A stretch of DNA of 38,525 nt from Promethearchaeota archaeon. GTDB taxonomy: Archaea > Asgardarchaeota > Lokiarchaeia > Sigyniarchaeales > SOKP01. Positions 9,076-19,647 of the stretch are shown one piece after another. Each line of letters starts with the position of its first letter. Position 1 is the stretch's first letter. Under the pieces are notes generated by a model. That model was not told the origin of the DNA. It saw only the letters and a list, made by a program, of their open reading frames with translations, and did not search any database. The translations under genes were made by a program, and so were the position numbers. Location: assembly GCA_016930515.1 (NCBI GenBank), contig JAFGGO010000050.1:1-38525 (forward strand), written 5' to 3'.

Positions 9076-10476
9076 TTAGAATTTAGACTCATCGATATTT
9101 GGCATTTCTGGAGAGGAAAGAGCTTTCTGAACTTCTTCCATGGGGAGTTCGTAATCCTTAAGATCTCCGGTCATATATTCCTTATATGCGAGCAAGTCAA
9201 AATATCCATGGCCACTAAAATTAAACAAGATGACTTTTTTCTCGTTGTTTTCCTTCGCTTTTAAAGCCTGATCCATGGCTTCTTTTACAGCATGAGCCGT
9301 TTCTGGTGCCGGTAAAATTCCTTCAGTGTTTGCAAATTTTAATCCTGCCTCAATTACTTCCGTTTGGTGATGCATCACGGTATCAATGATTTTATTATTG
9401 TATAATATCGATACAATTGGTGCTATGCCATGATATCTCAATCCTCCTGCGTGAATGGGGCTTGGTACGAATGTATGACCAAGAGTGTGCATTTTTACAA
9501 TAGGACCTTTCATCGCAGAATCGCCATAATCCCATAGATATTGTCCCTTACATACGCTTGGACAAGCACGAGGCTCAACGCCTATTATTTCAACATCGGG
9601 GAGTTTTCCGTGTAATTTGTCTCTTACAAAAGGAATCATCAATCCTGAGAAATTAGAACCTCCTCCCATACAACCAATTATTATATCTGGTTTGACTCCA
9701 ACCTTGTCCATCTGAATTTTGGCTTCCTGTCCTACGATTGTTTGGTGTAGTAGCACGAAATTGACGACACTTCCGAGAGCATATCTCGCTTTATCGGACC
9801 TCATACTGTGTTCTACTGCTTCGGAAATAGCTATTCCCAAACTGCCTGGATGTTCGCTATCTTTCTCCAAAAACATTTTACCCGACTCCGTAAATCTCGA
9901 AGGGCTTGCGTGAACTTCCCCATCGTAAGATCTCATTAAGATCTTTCTCCCTGGCTTTTGATTAAAGCTTGCTCTGACCATATAAACAATGCATTTTATC
10001 CCGAATAAACTACATCCATATGAAAGACCCGATCCCCATTGTCCTGCTCCCGTTTCTGTGACTAGTTCTTCAAGTCCTTGTTTCTTGGCATAATACGCTT
10101 GTGCTATTGCGGTATTGGGCTTATGAGATCCTGTTGGTGAAAAACTCTCGTTCTTGTAATATATTTGGATATCGTCGCCTTCGATTCCCAAACTTTTTTC
10201 CAATCCTAGCGCCCTATGGAGAGGGGATGGCCTGTATGTTCTAGCAAAAATCTCCCGAAGCTCGTTTGGAATTGGAATCGTGGGATCTTGGGAAACTTCT
10301 TGCATAACACACTCTTTTGGGAAGATTTGGAAGGCCATTTCGGGTGGGGCCGGTTTTCCATCCATAGGATTTACAAGAGGGGTCATTGGAGCGGGTAGAT
10401 CTGGAAGGATATTAACCCATTCCTTTGGTACTTCGCTTGGTTGCAATAAAATTCGTGAGTGAAAATAATCTACCAT
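9076..10476 (-). CDS. trpB2: TrpB2 (TrpB-like PLP enzyme, tryptophan synthase beta type 2)
   Basis: SPTGSHKPNTA (PLP Lys), TETGAGQWG, GGGSNF, IHAGGLRYHG, PAPETAHA and NFSGHG motifs. Confidence 0.95.
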   Translation of the reverse strand: MVDYFHSRILLQPSEVPKEWVNILPDLPAPMTPLVNPMDGKPAPPEMAFQIFPKECVMQEVSQDPTIPIPNELREIFARTYRPSPLHRALGLEKSLGIEGDDIQIYYKNESFSPTGSHKPNTAIAQAYYAKKQGLEELVTETGAGQWGSGLSYGCSLFGIKCIVYMVRASFNQKPGRKILMRSYDGEVHASPSRFTESGKMFLEKDSEHPGSLGIAISEAVEHSMRSDKARYALGSVVNFVLLHQTIVGQEAKIQMDKVGVKPDIIIGCMGGGSNFSGLMIPFVRDKLHGKLPDVEIIGVEPRACPSVCKGQYLWDYGDSAMKGPIVKMHTLGHTFVPSPIHAGGLRYHGIAPIVSILYNNKIIDTVMHHQTEVIEAGLKFANTEGILPAPETAHAVKEAMDQALKAKENNEKKVILFNFSGHGYFDLLAYKEYMTGDLKDYELPMEEVQKALSSPEMPNIDESKF

Positions 10477-10619
10477 ATTTTTTACCTATAATTTATTTTT
10501 TTTAGAAATTTATAAAGATAAATTCAATTTTAAACTATAAAAACCTTTTAGTTTATATGTCCTTAACAACCAAATTAATCTCATTTGAGGAATTTTAAGA
10601 ATTTCTCGGAATTTTGTTT

Positions 10620-11447
10620 TTAATTAAAACGCAAGTGGACTATGTTTGCCAATCTTCTATTGTCGACTAAGTTCATCTTAGATATAATTTCATCACTCCA
10701 ATTGTCATTTCTTTTAATATGGGCATACATCGGATAGGTTTCTATTATTTCTATTCTTTCGTCCCATTTTAAAAATTGTTTAATGCGAGAAAATCCCCAC
10801 CTCATTTGGCCTTTAATATCAAGTCTTTCGAGATTTTGCTTGTTGCCAACGGTAATCGCAACTTTAGAATGTGTATCAAAACAAAATTCAGAAGAAGGAA
10901 AGAAATTTGCAAGGTTAAAAAATAATTTTTTGATTTCTGCCTCTTCAAAATACATCAACACTCCATTTGCGACAAAACAAATAGGATCCTCTTTTGATTT
11001 GATATCATCGATCCAACTGAAATCAAATACGGACTTACTTATAATTTTTACCCTAGAATGCGTCGGAAATATTTTTTTTCTCAAGGTTATAACATTAGGT
11101 AAATCCAAATCATACCATTTTAAATTACCATTATCTATTCTATAAAATGCGGTTCCTAGTCCAGCACCTATATTAATAATAGTTGAAAATGGATGTTCTC
11201 TTAAGAATTTCCTGATTTGGGTATCTAAATTTTTTGAACGGACGCTCATAGCGATGATTTGCATTAATCCAAAATTTTCTTCAATTCTACTATAATCGTA
11301 ATTAAATTTATGAAAAACCTCCCAAGCGATTCTATCGTTCAATATGGAATTTTTCTGCAAATAATCATTTGCTCGTGCCCATAAAGGAATGACTAAAGTC
11401 TCTTGATCATAGATGAAATTTTGTTCTGAAGCAAAAAACGCGCTCAA
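10620..11447 (-). CDS. Class I SAM-dependent methyltransferase, LCM/TcmP-like family
   Basis: ETLVIPLWARA, INIGAGLGT, WYDLDLPNVI and NGVLMYF motifs. Confidence 0.9.
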   Translation of the reverse strand: MSAFFASEQNFIYDQETLVIPLWARANDYLQKNSILNDRIAWEVFHKFNYDYSRIEENFGLMQIIAMSVRSKNLDTQIRKFLREHPFSTIINIGAGLGTAFYRIDNGNLKWYDLDLPNVITLRKKIFPTHSRVKIISKSVFDFSWIDDIKSKEDPICFVANGVLMYFEEAEIKKLFFNLANFFPSSEFCFDTHSKVAITVGNKQNLERLDIKGQMRWGFSRIKQFLKWDERIEIIETYPMYAHIKRNDNWSDEIISKMNLVDNRRLANIVHLRFN

Positions 11448-11547
11448 ACTTTTTACACCATAATTAAATTATTTGGATATAGTCCTATTTACTATAAAGA
11501 TATATAAATTACAATAAAAATTGCAATTTGAATAGAAAAGTTAGGAA

Positions 11548-13242
11548 TTATGTTTTTTTAGCGATTTTCTTGACAATATCTCCTTCAACTAGTTTATCGG
11601 AGATAACTTTCTTTATCATTACTATAGCTTCACCTCCTAACATTCTAATTGCGTGGTGAATTAAAACCTTTGGTCCTCCCTTTATCACATAGCCAATCGC
11701 GTTTGATTTGTTTGAGAGATCAGGCTCGGCGATGAGCACATGTTGACGAGAACCAACCATTTCTTCCTTTCTTACCTTATTAAAATGTATGGCAAGACTC
11801 ACCAATTTCTTGCGATAAAGATTAAGTTCGTTATTTCTTCTTTGCAATAGTCTAGCTTTATTTTTCAGAGAGTAAAACGGCGCTCCAGGAAATTCTTGAT
11901 ATTTATATATTGTTATTTTATCTACTCCAAGCTCAAAGAACTTATTTATTAAATCAATACTTTGTTTTATGAAAGATATTTTTTCTCCTGGCAATCCATG
12001 GATGAAATACACATGAACCCGTATCCCTAATTTGATTGCTTGTTTTATTGCCAATATTGTTTTATCTGGACTAAAGGGGCGACCCAATAATTTAGAAAAT
12101 TCCCTGGATCCCGTTTCACAACCAATAGAAAATATGGAATTTGGAATTTTTGAAATAATCTTTAACGCTTTCTGAGTGCATAAGCTTGCTTTTATGTTCT
12201 CTATAAAAATTTGTACTACTTCATTTTCAACTGCTTTAATTGATGTAATCTGGTTAATTAATTCTTCTAAGGCCTCATAATTTGGTTCGGGGGGAATTAT
12301 TGGCGTTGTCAAGATGTTATCTTTTGAAAAATCCTCTCTTTTATAATCTAAAAAATCAGGACCTCCCAATACGATTCTTCTAGCGCCCAAGGCGATAATC
12401 TTCTTTATCTCGGATATTATATCAGATATTTTTCGGGATTTTGGGGATCCAAATGAATCGATTGTAGCGCAAAATCCACAACCAGGCGGAATTTGCGATG
12501 GGCAGGTTATTAAAGGATTTAAAAATTCATCAGAACAATTCTTACATGTTTCCAAGCATTTCTCACAGAACGATAAGGGAAATTTTGTTCTTATATAGTT
12601 AGAACATCCTCTCAAGCATTCCACATAAATTTTGGCAAACTTGAAATTCGGATACTGTAGGATAAGATCAATGGCCCCTTCTGGAGGAGAAAAGCCATCA
12701 AATTCCTCTTTTGAAAGGACTGGTGCGTCGTTTGTTTTGATTATTTCCTCGTCTCTACGAAAAGTAATCCCCCCAACCTCGATTAATTTTTTAAAGCATT
12801 CTTCATCTATTTTTAAACCTGAACTCAATAAGATCTTAAAAATCGAAAGTATTTTTTTTTCTCCTTCACCAATTACAGAAATATCGGCTTTAATAGTATC
12901 AAGAATAGACCTATCAGAACATAATGGACCTCCTATTACAATAGGGGCTTTTTTATTCACTCTTTTTATAATTTCCACAATGTTTTTTACAGCAAGATAA
13001 TCCATCGTCATTGAAGCTACTAAAAAAACATTATATTTTTTAAAAATTTTCTTATTGAAATCGTTACCGAATACTTTTTCCGCTCTAATTATTTCAACAT
13101 TAAGATTTTTTATATCTAATAAATAAAGTATTCCAGCAATTAATCTGGGCCCTCCTCCAATGAAATCTCTTGTAAATCTTCTTCTTTTCTTACCGATTGC
13201 TAAACAATCAATCATTAGCACGTTCATTTTGTTTTCACCCAA
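11548..13242 (-). CDS. B12-binding-like / radical SAM / TRAM domain protein with a split Fe-S motif
   Basis: N-terminal IVIGGP...IGEGE. RGCSN...(Cys-rich insert)...PPGCGFC, SRKISDIISEI, SIGCETGS and YFIHGLPGE. C-terminal TRAM-like beta domain. Confidence 0.85.
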   Translation of the reverse strand: MGENKMNVLMIDCLAIGKKRRRFTRDFIGGGPRLIAGILYLLDIKNLNVEIIRAEKVFGNDFNKKIFKKYNVFLVASMTMDYLAVKNIVEIIKRVNKKAPIVIGGPLCSDRSILDTIKADISVIGEGEKKILSIFKILLSSGLKIDEECFKKLIEVGGITFRRDEEIIKTNDAPVLSKEEFDGFSPPEGAIDLILQYPNFKFAKIYVECLRGCSNYIRTKFPLSFCEKCLETCKNCSDEFLNPLITCPSQIPPGCGFCATIDSFGSPKSRKISDIISEIKKIIALGARRIVLGGPDFLDYKREDFSKDNILTTPIIPPEPNYEALEELINQITSIKAVENEVVQIFIENIKASLCTQKALKIISKIPNSIFSIGCETGSREFSKLLGRPFSPDKTILAIKQAIKLGIRVHVYFIHGLPGEKISFIKQSIDLINKFFELGVDKITIYKYQEFPGAPFYSLKNKARLLQRRNNELNLYRKKLVSLAIHFNKVRKEEMVGSRQHVLIAEPDLSNKSNAIGYVIKGGPKVLIHHAIRMLGGEAIVMIKKVISDKLVEGDIVKKIAKKT

Positions 13243-13323
13243 TATAAATGAAGTAAATAAAAATAATATAAAAGAATATGGTTACTTTATTATCTATAAA
13301 AAAACGAAACTTAAGTCGATCTT

Positions 13324-13830
13324 ATGTCTGGCGAGCATCTTAAAATAGGAAGGATAAATAAGGGCACTGTTATTGATCATATCGATGCTGGTTACGCAAT
13401 AACAATTCTAACCCTTACGGGCTTAGATAAATCACCAAATTTGATGACGATAGGTGTAAATGTTCCCTCGTATAAATATAAGAAAAAAGATATCGTGAAA
13501 ATTGAAAATGTCTTCTTAAACGATGTTCAGATGCAAAAAATTGCCATACTTAGTTCAAATGCGACAATTTCGTTGATAGATAATTTTCAAGTAATTGAAA
13601 AGAAAAAAGTATCAATACCTAAAGTGATTGAAAAAATAATAGTATGTGTAAATAAGACTTGCATTAGCAACTCCAATAAAGAACCTATAACTAGCGAATT
13701 TATTGTTTTAGAAGAAAAACCCTTAAAAATTCAATGCGCTTACTGTGATAGAATATACGATATTGATGAGATCATATTTGGTTCAAAAGAAAAAATTGAA
13801 AAGAAAGCTACTCAAGATTATCAACTATGA
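13324..13830 (+). CDS. pyrI: Aspartate carbamoyltransferase regulatory subunit
   Basis: GTVIDHI and KKDIVKIE motifs; zinc ligands CVNKTCISN...CAYCD. Confidence 0.95.
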   Translation: MSGEHLKIGRINKGTVIDHIDAGYAITILTLTGLDKSPNLMTIGVNVPSYKYKKKDIVKIENVFLNDVQMQKIAILSSNATISLIDNFQVIEKKKVSIPKVIEKIIVCVNKTCISNSNKEPITSEFIVLEEKPLKIQCAYCDRIYDIDEIIFGSKEKIEKKATQDYQL

Positions 13831-13849
13831 TATAATTAAACTAAAAACT

Positions 13850-14341
13850 TTAGAAATAAATTCCCGTAAATGTAATTTTATATCCTACTCCAAGGAAATA
13901 AAGTACTGTGTTTGTGAAGACGCTTGTAAATATAAATAAAAAGAAAAATATGCTTAAACCTGGTTTTAAAACATTTTTCCATGTCCACTTATCCTCCTCG
14001 AATTCATATTTAAGGATACGATTTATAACAAAAGGGAAGAGAATTAACAACCCAATCATCCAAATAAAAAGCGTCCATCCAACAAAACCAACTAATCTCA
14101 GAAGAAAACCTCCCAAAGCCCCTATAACAGCGCGATACCAGTATATTTTAGTTTCTCTTTCAATCCGAAGGTCAAATTCTATTTCTTTTTGACTTTTTTG
14201 TTTTTCCTTTACAGGTTTAATTTCCTGTGTCTGCCGAACCTCTTTTAGTTTCTTTTCCGATAATTTCTTTTGTTTCAGTCTCTCTTTTTTAATATTGATT
14301 TTATGCCTGCTACGTATTTTCTTCTTCGGTTGTTGTTGCAT
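13850..14341 (-). CDS. EMC6/Rab5ip (OPTI)-like three-TM membrane protein with a basic N-terminal tail
   Basis: IYWYRAVIGALGGFLLRLVGFVGW and GLSIFFFLFIFTSVFTNTV resemble the EMC6/RAB5IF pattern (W-x-R...G...G.L.L.G..G; G...F...T..Y). Confidence 0.6.
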   Translation of the reverse strand: MQQQPKKKIRSRHKINIKKERLKQKKLSEKKLKEVRQTQEIKPVKEKQKSQKEIEFDLRIERETKIYWYRAVIGALGGFLLRLVGFVGWTLFIWMIGLLILFPFVINRILKYEFEEDKWTWKNVLKPGLSIFFFLFIFTSVFTNTVLYFLGVGYKITFTGIYF

Positions 14342-14402
14342 AATAGATATTATACATCAAGTATAATAAATATTATAGAAACTATATTGAGCTAAGATAA
14401 AA

Positions 14403-16454
14403 TTGGTTACAACGAATTTTTCGAACATTGATGTATTTGCAATTTCAAAAGAACTGGACGCTCTTTTAACCGGAAGTATGATATCCAATGTTTACGAAGT
14501 AGAAGATATGTTAATATTAAAATTAAACACTGATAAGGGAAGGAAAAATTTAATTATAAAAAGTGATTCCCGTATAAACCTTACAAACTACGATTACCCC
14601 ATTCCAAAATATCCAAATCAATACATCATGTCTCTCAGAAAATTCTTAAAAAATAGAAGAATATTAAGCGTGTCGCAGTTTAATTTTGATAGAATAATTG
14701 TTCTCGAGTTAAGTAATCTCGATACTACCTCGTGGAAATTCATCATCGAACTCTTTAACAAGGGAAATTTTTTGTTATTAGATGAAAATAATATACTTAA
14801 AATAGCTAAAAAATATCGAAAATTCAAGGATAGAGATGTTTTAGCTGGGAAAGAATTTCTTTTTCCAAAATCTCGGGGTAAAGACTTTATTTCTATAAAA
14901 AAGGAAGAATTTAAAGATATAATTCGAGAAAAAGATGAAGAAATCGTTCGAATTCTTGCTAGAAATATCAATATTGCAGGTTTATACGCTGAAGAATTAT
15001 GTTTAAGGGCAAATCTTGATAAGAAAAAATCGGGTATAAAACTCAATGAGGAGGAACTCGAATGTTTTTTTGATCAGTTTAAAACGATGAGAAACGAAAT
15101 ATTATTTGGCAAAATCAAACCATATATACTATTAGACGATGATAAAAGCGAAATAGGTGTTTATCCTTTCGAGCTTGAGATTTTCTCTGAAAAACACAAA
15201 AAAAATTACGAATCTTATAATAACGCTGTTGACGATTTTTATTCGAAAATAGATTCAGAAATTTTAAAAATGCCTAGCGATCAAAGAATTAACCAAAAAA
15301 TAAAGAACCAAGAAAAAATTTTAAAGAACCAACTTGAATATATGGAAGAGTTGGAGAAAAAGAAAAGTAAATATTATGAACAAGGAGACTTCATTTATTC
15401 AAATTTTAAAATCTTAGAAAATTTATTACATGTAATCTCTTCAGCAAGAACTAAAGGATTTTCATGGGAAGAAATAAACCAAAAATTAGTTTCAGCTAAG
15501 GAAGAAAAAATGTCTGATGTGGAATATTTTGACCATATTGTCCCTGCAACAAAACAAATTGTATTAAAGACCAATGATGAAACCATTTACATTGATCTCA
15601 CAAAAAGTATAGGAGAAAACGCTAGTATGATTTATGAAAAGGGAAAAAAAGCTGATAAGAAAATCAAGGGAACTTTACCCGCAATAGAACAAACAAGGGT
15701 TAAAATTGAGAAATTAAAAGAGGAAAAAGAACTCATCGAAGTTGAAGTTGATTTTCTAGTTAAAAAACCAAAAAAAAAATGGTATGAAAAATTTCATTGG
15801 TTTGTAACTTCTGATGATTTTCTTGTAGTGGGTGGAAAAGACGCCTCTTCGAATGAAATTATCTTCAAAAAATACTTGGATTCCCATGACCTCGTTTTTC
15901 ATACTAATTTTCCGGGCTCTCCCTTAACCATCCTAAAAAATCCAGAAAGTAGAGAGATTCCTGAAAGGTCTATAAAAGAAGCTGCGGATTTTGTGGCGAG
16001 CTATTCTCGAGCATGGAAGGAATCTTGGGGTTTTGTAGATGTTTTTTATGTTCACCCTGAGCAAGTTTCAAAAACACCTCCTTCGGGAGAATTCTTGCCC
16101 AAAGGATCGTTTATGATAACTGGAAAAAAAAATATTATCAAAAACGCCAAGATAGAACTTGCAATATCGTTAGATTTTGAAGATTTAGGTCTAAATAATA
16201 ACGAAACAACAAGAATAATGTATCCCAAATTAGTTTGTGGTCCTAAAAAAGCTATAGAAAAACACCAAAGTGGTGATATAGTTGTAATTAAACCTTCTAA
16301 AGCTGGTTTATCTAAAGGAAAGATTGCTAAAGAATTAAAAAATTTCTTTCTTAAAGCTTCGGATTCAAATAAAAAAAAATGGATTAAGCTTCTTTCGATA
16401 GACGAGATTTTATTATGCCTTCCGTCGGGATCCTCAATATTGAATGAGAATTAG
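14403..16454 (+). CDS. rqcH: Ribosome quality-control factor RqcH (NFACT/Rqc2/NEMF family)
   Basis: NFACT-N (LRKFL...QFNFDRII...IELFNKGN), KKWYEKFHWF...GGKDASSNE and QVSKTPPSGEFLPKGSFMITG motifs. Confidence 0.93.
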   Translation: MVTTNFSNIDVFAISKELDALLTGSMISNVYEVEDMLILKLNTDKGRKNLIIKSDSRINLTNYDYPIPKYPNQYIMSLRKFLKNRRILSVSQFNFDRIIVLELSNLDTTSWKFIIELFNKGNFLLLDENNILKIAKKYRKFKDRDVLAGKEFLFPKSRGKDFISIKKEEFKDIIREKDEEIVRILARNINIAGLYAEELCLRANLDKKKSGIKLNEEELECFFDQFKTMRNEILFGKIKPYILLDDDKSEIGVYPFELEIFSEKHKKNYESYNNAVDDFYSKIDSEILKMPSDQRINQKIKNQEKILKNQLEYMEELEKKKSKYYEQGDFIYSNFKILENLLHVISSARTKGFSWEEINQKLVSAKEEKMSDVEYFDHIVPATKQIVLKTNDETIYIDLTKSIGENASMIYEKGKKADKKIKGTLPAIEQTRVKIEKLKEEKELIEVEVDFLVKKPKKKWYEKFHWFVTSDDFLVVGGKDASSNEIIFKKYLDSHDLVFHTNFPGSPLTILKNPESREIPERSIKEAADFVASYSRAWKESWGFVDVFYVHPEQVSKTPPSGEFLPKGSFMITGKKNIIKNAKIELAISLDFEDLGLNNNETTRIMYPKLVCGPKKAIEKHQSGDIVVIKPSKAGLSKGKIAKELKNFFLKASDSNKKKWIKLLSIDEILLCLPSGSSILNEN

Positions 16455-16487
16455 ATAAGATAATCTTCGTAGTAAAGCTCTCTATCA

Positions 16488-17228
16488 TTAACATTTAGAT
16501 CTTTTAGTCCATTTTTTTATTACTGGAATTATACAACAATTATCAAATAAAATACCATCAATGCCCTTTTTAATTATTTTCTTTATTTTCCTCAAGGGAT
16601 TTGAATACTGTCTAAAATTCCAAGATAGGGCTAATATATTATTATCGTGGCAAATACGGATAAATTTAGAATTAACTTTTTCAGAACTAAGGCTAATCAT
16701 ATCGATTTTTTCAGGTATTTTTTTACTATTTAATAATTTATTGTATGTAAATCCAATTGCTTTTGTTATATTATAACACCCAAGGCCTTCTGGATATCTA
16801 AATTTAAAATCAATTAGCTCTTCAAGAATCCTACTGCTTAAAATGCAATCTTTTAACAATCCCTTTTCGAGTAGGTATTTGATTACATCTTTCCAGATTC
16901 CTTTAGTTTTAAGATCTAACATGAATTTTATTTTTCCTTGAAATTGCTCTAAAACATCGATTAGGAGCGGAATTTTAAAATGCCCAATTTTTGTTTCGAA
17001 TTCTAAAATCTCATTGTAATCCATTAAATGAATGTACCCCTTACCATTTGTAGTTCTTTCTAAATTAGAATCGTGTATGATAACTAATTTTTCGTCCTTT
17101 GTTCGTCTAACATCAAATTCGATATAGTCTGCGCCGCATTCTAGAGCGTTTTCAAAAGCTATTAAGGTATTTTCTTCGAATTTTTCCAAGCTACCTCTAT
17201 GACCAATATAAAGGAGGTTTGAAGTCAT
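16488..17228 (-). CDS. Glycerophosphodiester phosphodiesterase (GDPD family)
   Basis: IGHRG...ENTLIAF...IEFDVRRTKD...IIHD..LERTT motif. Confidence 0.92.
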   Translation of the reverse strand: MTSNLLYIGHRGSLEKFEENTLIAFENALECGADYIEFDVRRTKDEKLVIIHDSNLERTTNGKGYIHLMDYNEILEFETKIGHFKIPLLIDVLEQFQGKIKFMLDLKTKGIWKDVIKYLLEKGLLKDCILSSRILEELIDFKFRYPEGLGCYNITKAIGFTYNKLLNSKKIPEKIDMISLSSEKVNSKFIRICHDNNILALSWNFRQYSNPLRKIKKIIKKGIDGILFDNCCIIPVIKKWTKRSKC

Positions 17229-17245
17229 TTTTTTAATAGATCAAA

Positions 17246-17668
17246 TTACCAGTCTTGAATCAAATAAAAATAAATTATAACAATTATCAATCCTATAAAG
17301 GTTATACCTAAAACGATAGTATTTCTAATTGTTTGAAATAAGGAAAAGAGAAAAACAGATACCATTCCCTTCCAATTGAGTGGCTTTCCTAATATATCTC
17401 CATAATTTCCCAAAAAGGTAGTCATTAATAAAAAGAAAAGTAAGGGGGATGCTATTTTTATAATATAATTAATAATATCTAACAAGCCATTGTTAGTTAA
17501 CGCCAATATGGAAAAAAGATCGATTAAATTAAAGAAAATTGAAATAAAGAAAAAAATAGCAGCTAAAAATAATGTTATTTTCGCAGATCGAAACGCAAAC
17601 TCTTCGTCAAGTATCAAGGTTTTTTCCTCACTACTTTCTCTCTCAAATTTTGGCATTTTATCTGACAA
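17246..17668 (-). CDS. Integral membrane protein (~4 TM)
   Basis: Several hydrophobic helices; overlaps the stop of the upstream gene. Confidence 0.7.
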   Translation of the reverse strand: MSDKMPKFERESSEEKTLILDEEFAFRSAKITLFLAAIFFFISIFFNLIDLFSILALTNNGLLDIINYIIKIASPLLFFLLMTTFLGNYGDILGKPLNWKGMVSVFLFSLFQTIRNTIVLGITFIGLIIVIIYFYLIQDW

Positions 17669-18455
17669 TCCTCCTTATCTGTTTTTTAATCGTAATAACT
17701 TTGAATGTGTAAATAATGATTATGACGCCTGTTACTGAAAAGATAACGATGGATAATATAAAAAGTGAAAGCTCTAAATAATCTGTTTCTGTAGTTGGTG
17801 GTTGTAAAATATTGATAATAATCGTGGTACTATTTTTTATTGAATTTGGATAAGAATTTGATTCGCCATATATAATTTTAAAAGAATAAGCACTACTATA
17901 CTCGAGTACTACGTCTTCTAATTCGTTTGAAATCCTTAATGGGATCTTAAATTCGTAAAAAACATTCTTTCCTTTAAGTCCGGCAGCACCTTCGCTACCA
18001 TCTTGTTGAGAATCGATAGTAAAAATGTTATCATTTACATTATAATCTTTATATTCGTATTCTCCATTTGAAATGTTAACGAATTGAACTATTTTAGCGT
18101 CTTTATAATTGATCGTGTTGTTTGAAGTGCTATTCGAAATCATTAATCCAACAAATTCGGTCTCCTTATGCGATTCTAAATTAAAACTAATGGCGATATA
18201 TAAGTTTGAACTGCTTTGTAATGCCCATAGTTCGCTTGGATTGGAGCTCGTATTTAAAAAATCGAGATTAGATGTTTTATTAGCCTCGCTCCACTCGTCA
18301 ATACTCGTGTCAATAATTCCATCAATGACAGGTGCTTTTCCAAATCCTGGATCAATGTTTAAAAGGCAGTGTGTGCTTCCAATAACGGTGAAAAAAGAAA
18401 GCAAAACACACGAAATGAATAAACAACTTATAATAATTTTACCTGATTTCTTCAC
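17658..18455 (-). CDS. Exported, C-terminally membrane-anchored protein with a DOMON/CBM9-like beta-sandwich
   Basis: Signal-peptide-like N-terminus; APVIDG...EWSEA, NLYIAI and YEFKIPL motifs; C-terminal TM helix with a basic tail. Confidence 0.7.
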   Translation of the reverse strand: MKKSGKIIISCLFISCVLLSFFTVIGSTHCLLNIDPGFGKAPVIDGIIDTSIDEWSEANKTSNLDFLNTSSNPSELWALQSSSNLYIAISFNLESHKETEFVGLMISNSTSNNTINYKDAKIVQFVNISNGEYEYKDYNVNDNIFTIDSQQDGSEGAAGLKGKNVFYEFKIPLRISNELEDVVLEYSSAYSFKIIYGESNSYPNSIKNSTTIIINILQPPTTETDYLELSLFILSIVIFSVTGVIIIIYTFKVITIKKQIRRIVR

Positions 18456-18670
18456 GATAATTATTCCATTTATTTGATAGATTAAATAAAAAAAAATGTA
18501 ATTTTAAATTTATGAATTCTACCTTATATCTTAACATTGTGTTTTTATTTGTATTTTCGATTTTCCTTATTTCATTTACGATATCGATACATAAAACAAG
18601 GATTACTCATACATTTAATAGAAATATTTTAGCTATAGAGTTAATTTGATAGTTATTGATTGAAGTTTAA

Positions 18671-19135
18671 ATGAAAAAGATATTAATCAAGAGTGCTTTT
18701 TTCACTTTAATGAAGAAGGTAAAAAGTATTTCAAATGCAATCCTTCTAAGAATTAACAAAAATTTTCGGAAGAAGATAATACCTTTTAAAAACCATCAAT
18801 TCTTCAAAGATTATTCTTATGCATTTATCGTCGAATCAGCAACAGAAAAATGCATTAAAATGACAATCTACCCTCAAAATACATCTAATATTATTAAACT
18901 TGCAATACAAATTCCTGATGGGGAAGGCAATATAGTTAAAGAATTCCCACAAATTTTAAAAGACTATGGGCTGTTACACGCTTCTGGGCTCTTGAAGGTT
19001 GGAGAAATAATGGTATATGAATGTTATTTAAATGTAAAGTACAATTCTATTGAAATGGAAACATTAAAAAAAATATTGAATGGTATTGCTAACCCTTCAA
19101 TAATTATTTCTTTTCAAAAAGTCAAAACTATTTAA
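18671..19135 (+). CDS. Hypothetical protein, possibly AbrB-like N-terminus plus ACT-like domain
   Basis: LLRINKNFRKKI resembles an AbrB-type strand-helix; IIKLAIQIPDGEGNIVKEFPQILK resembles an ACT beta1-alpha1 start. Weak assignment. Confidence 0.5.
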   Translation: MKKILIKSAFFTLMKKVKSISNAILLRINKNFRKKIIPFKNHQFFKDYSYAFIVESATEKCIKMTIYPQNTSNIIKLAIQIPDGEGNIVKEFPQILKDYGLLHASGLLKVGEIMVYECYLNVKYNSIEMETLKKILNGIANPSIIISFQKVKTI

Positions 19136-19146
19136 AAAACCAAAAA

Positions 19147-19614
19147 TTGAAAAATAACATGAATCCTTGGAAAATCTCTTTGAAATTTTCAGAAAGCAGC
19201 GGAACTGATCAAGAACTTGAGATGTACGATGCAAAACCTTATTTCGATGGATATTTAAAGCTGAAAAGGAGTTATTTTGATGGATTGATAAAAAATATAA
19301 AGATGACGAAGAATTACATTACAAGCAAGGCGATTGAAAAAGTTATATCACCAGATAACGATGAATGGACCCATAATCCGTGGCTACTTCTACTTGTTAA
19401 AGACAACGAAAAAAATAAATCGTTTTGGTTTTTCATTAAAAGAGAAAAAGACTTATCTGGATTATTAGTGGCTATTGGCCCAAAAAATTTAAGTGATTAT
19501 CTAGATGCGAAGCCCTCTGAAGCAAGAAGTGAAATAAAACGCTTGATGAACTATTTAGTAACCTATCTAACTAAATTCAAATGTCTCGTGTTTCTTCCTA
19601 ACTTCCTTCCTTAA
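19147..19614 (+). CDS. Hypothetical protein
   Basis: 155-aa ORF co-oriented 11 bp after the previous gene; globular-looking composition. Confidence 0.7.
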   Translation: MKNNMNPWKISLKFSESSGTDQELEMYDAKPYFDGYLKLKRSYFDGLIKNIKMTKNYITSKAIEKVISPDNDEWTHNPWLLLLVKDNEKNKSFWFFIKREKDLSGLLVAIGPKNLSDYLDAKPSEARSEIKRLMNYLVTYLTKFKCLVFLPNFLP

Positions 19615-19647
19615 GTTAGTTATATTGTTTTCAGGAGGCGATAATAG

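Noticed and set aside
9076-10476. Orphan trpB without trpA
   Set aside because: Normal for TrpB2-type enzymes.
14403-16454. Functional link between rqcH and the UFM1/UFC1-like domains, by analogy to eukaryotic ER ribosome quality control
   Set aside because: The genes are ~19 kb apart with many unrelated genes between them; the sequence offers no evidence of linkage.
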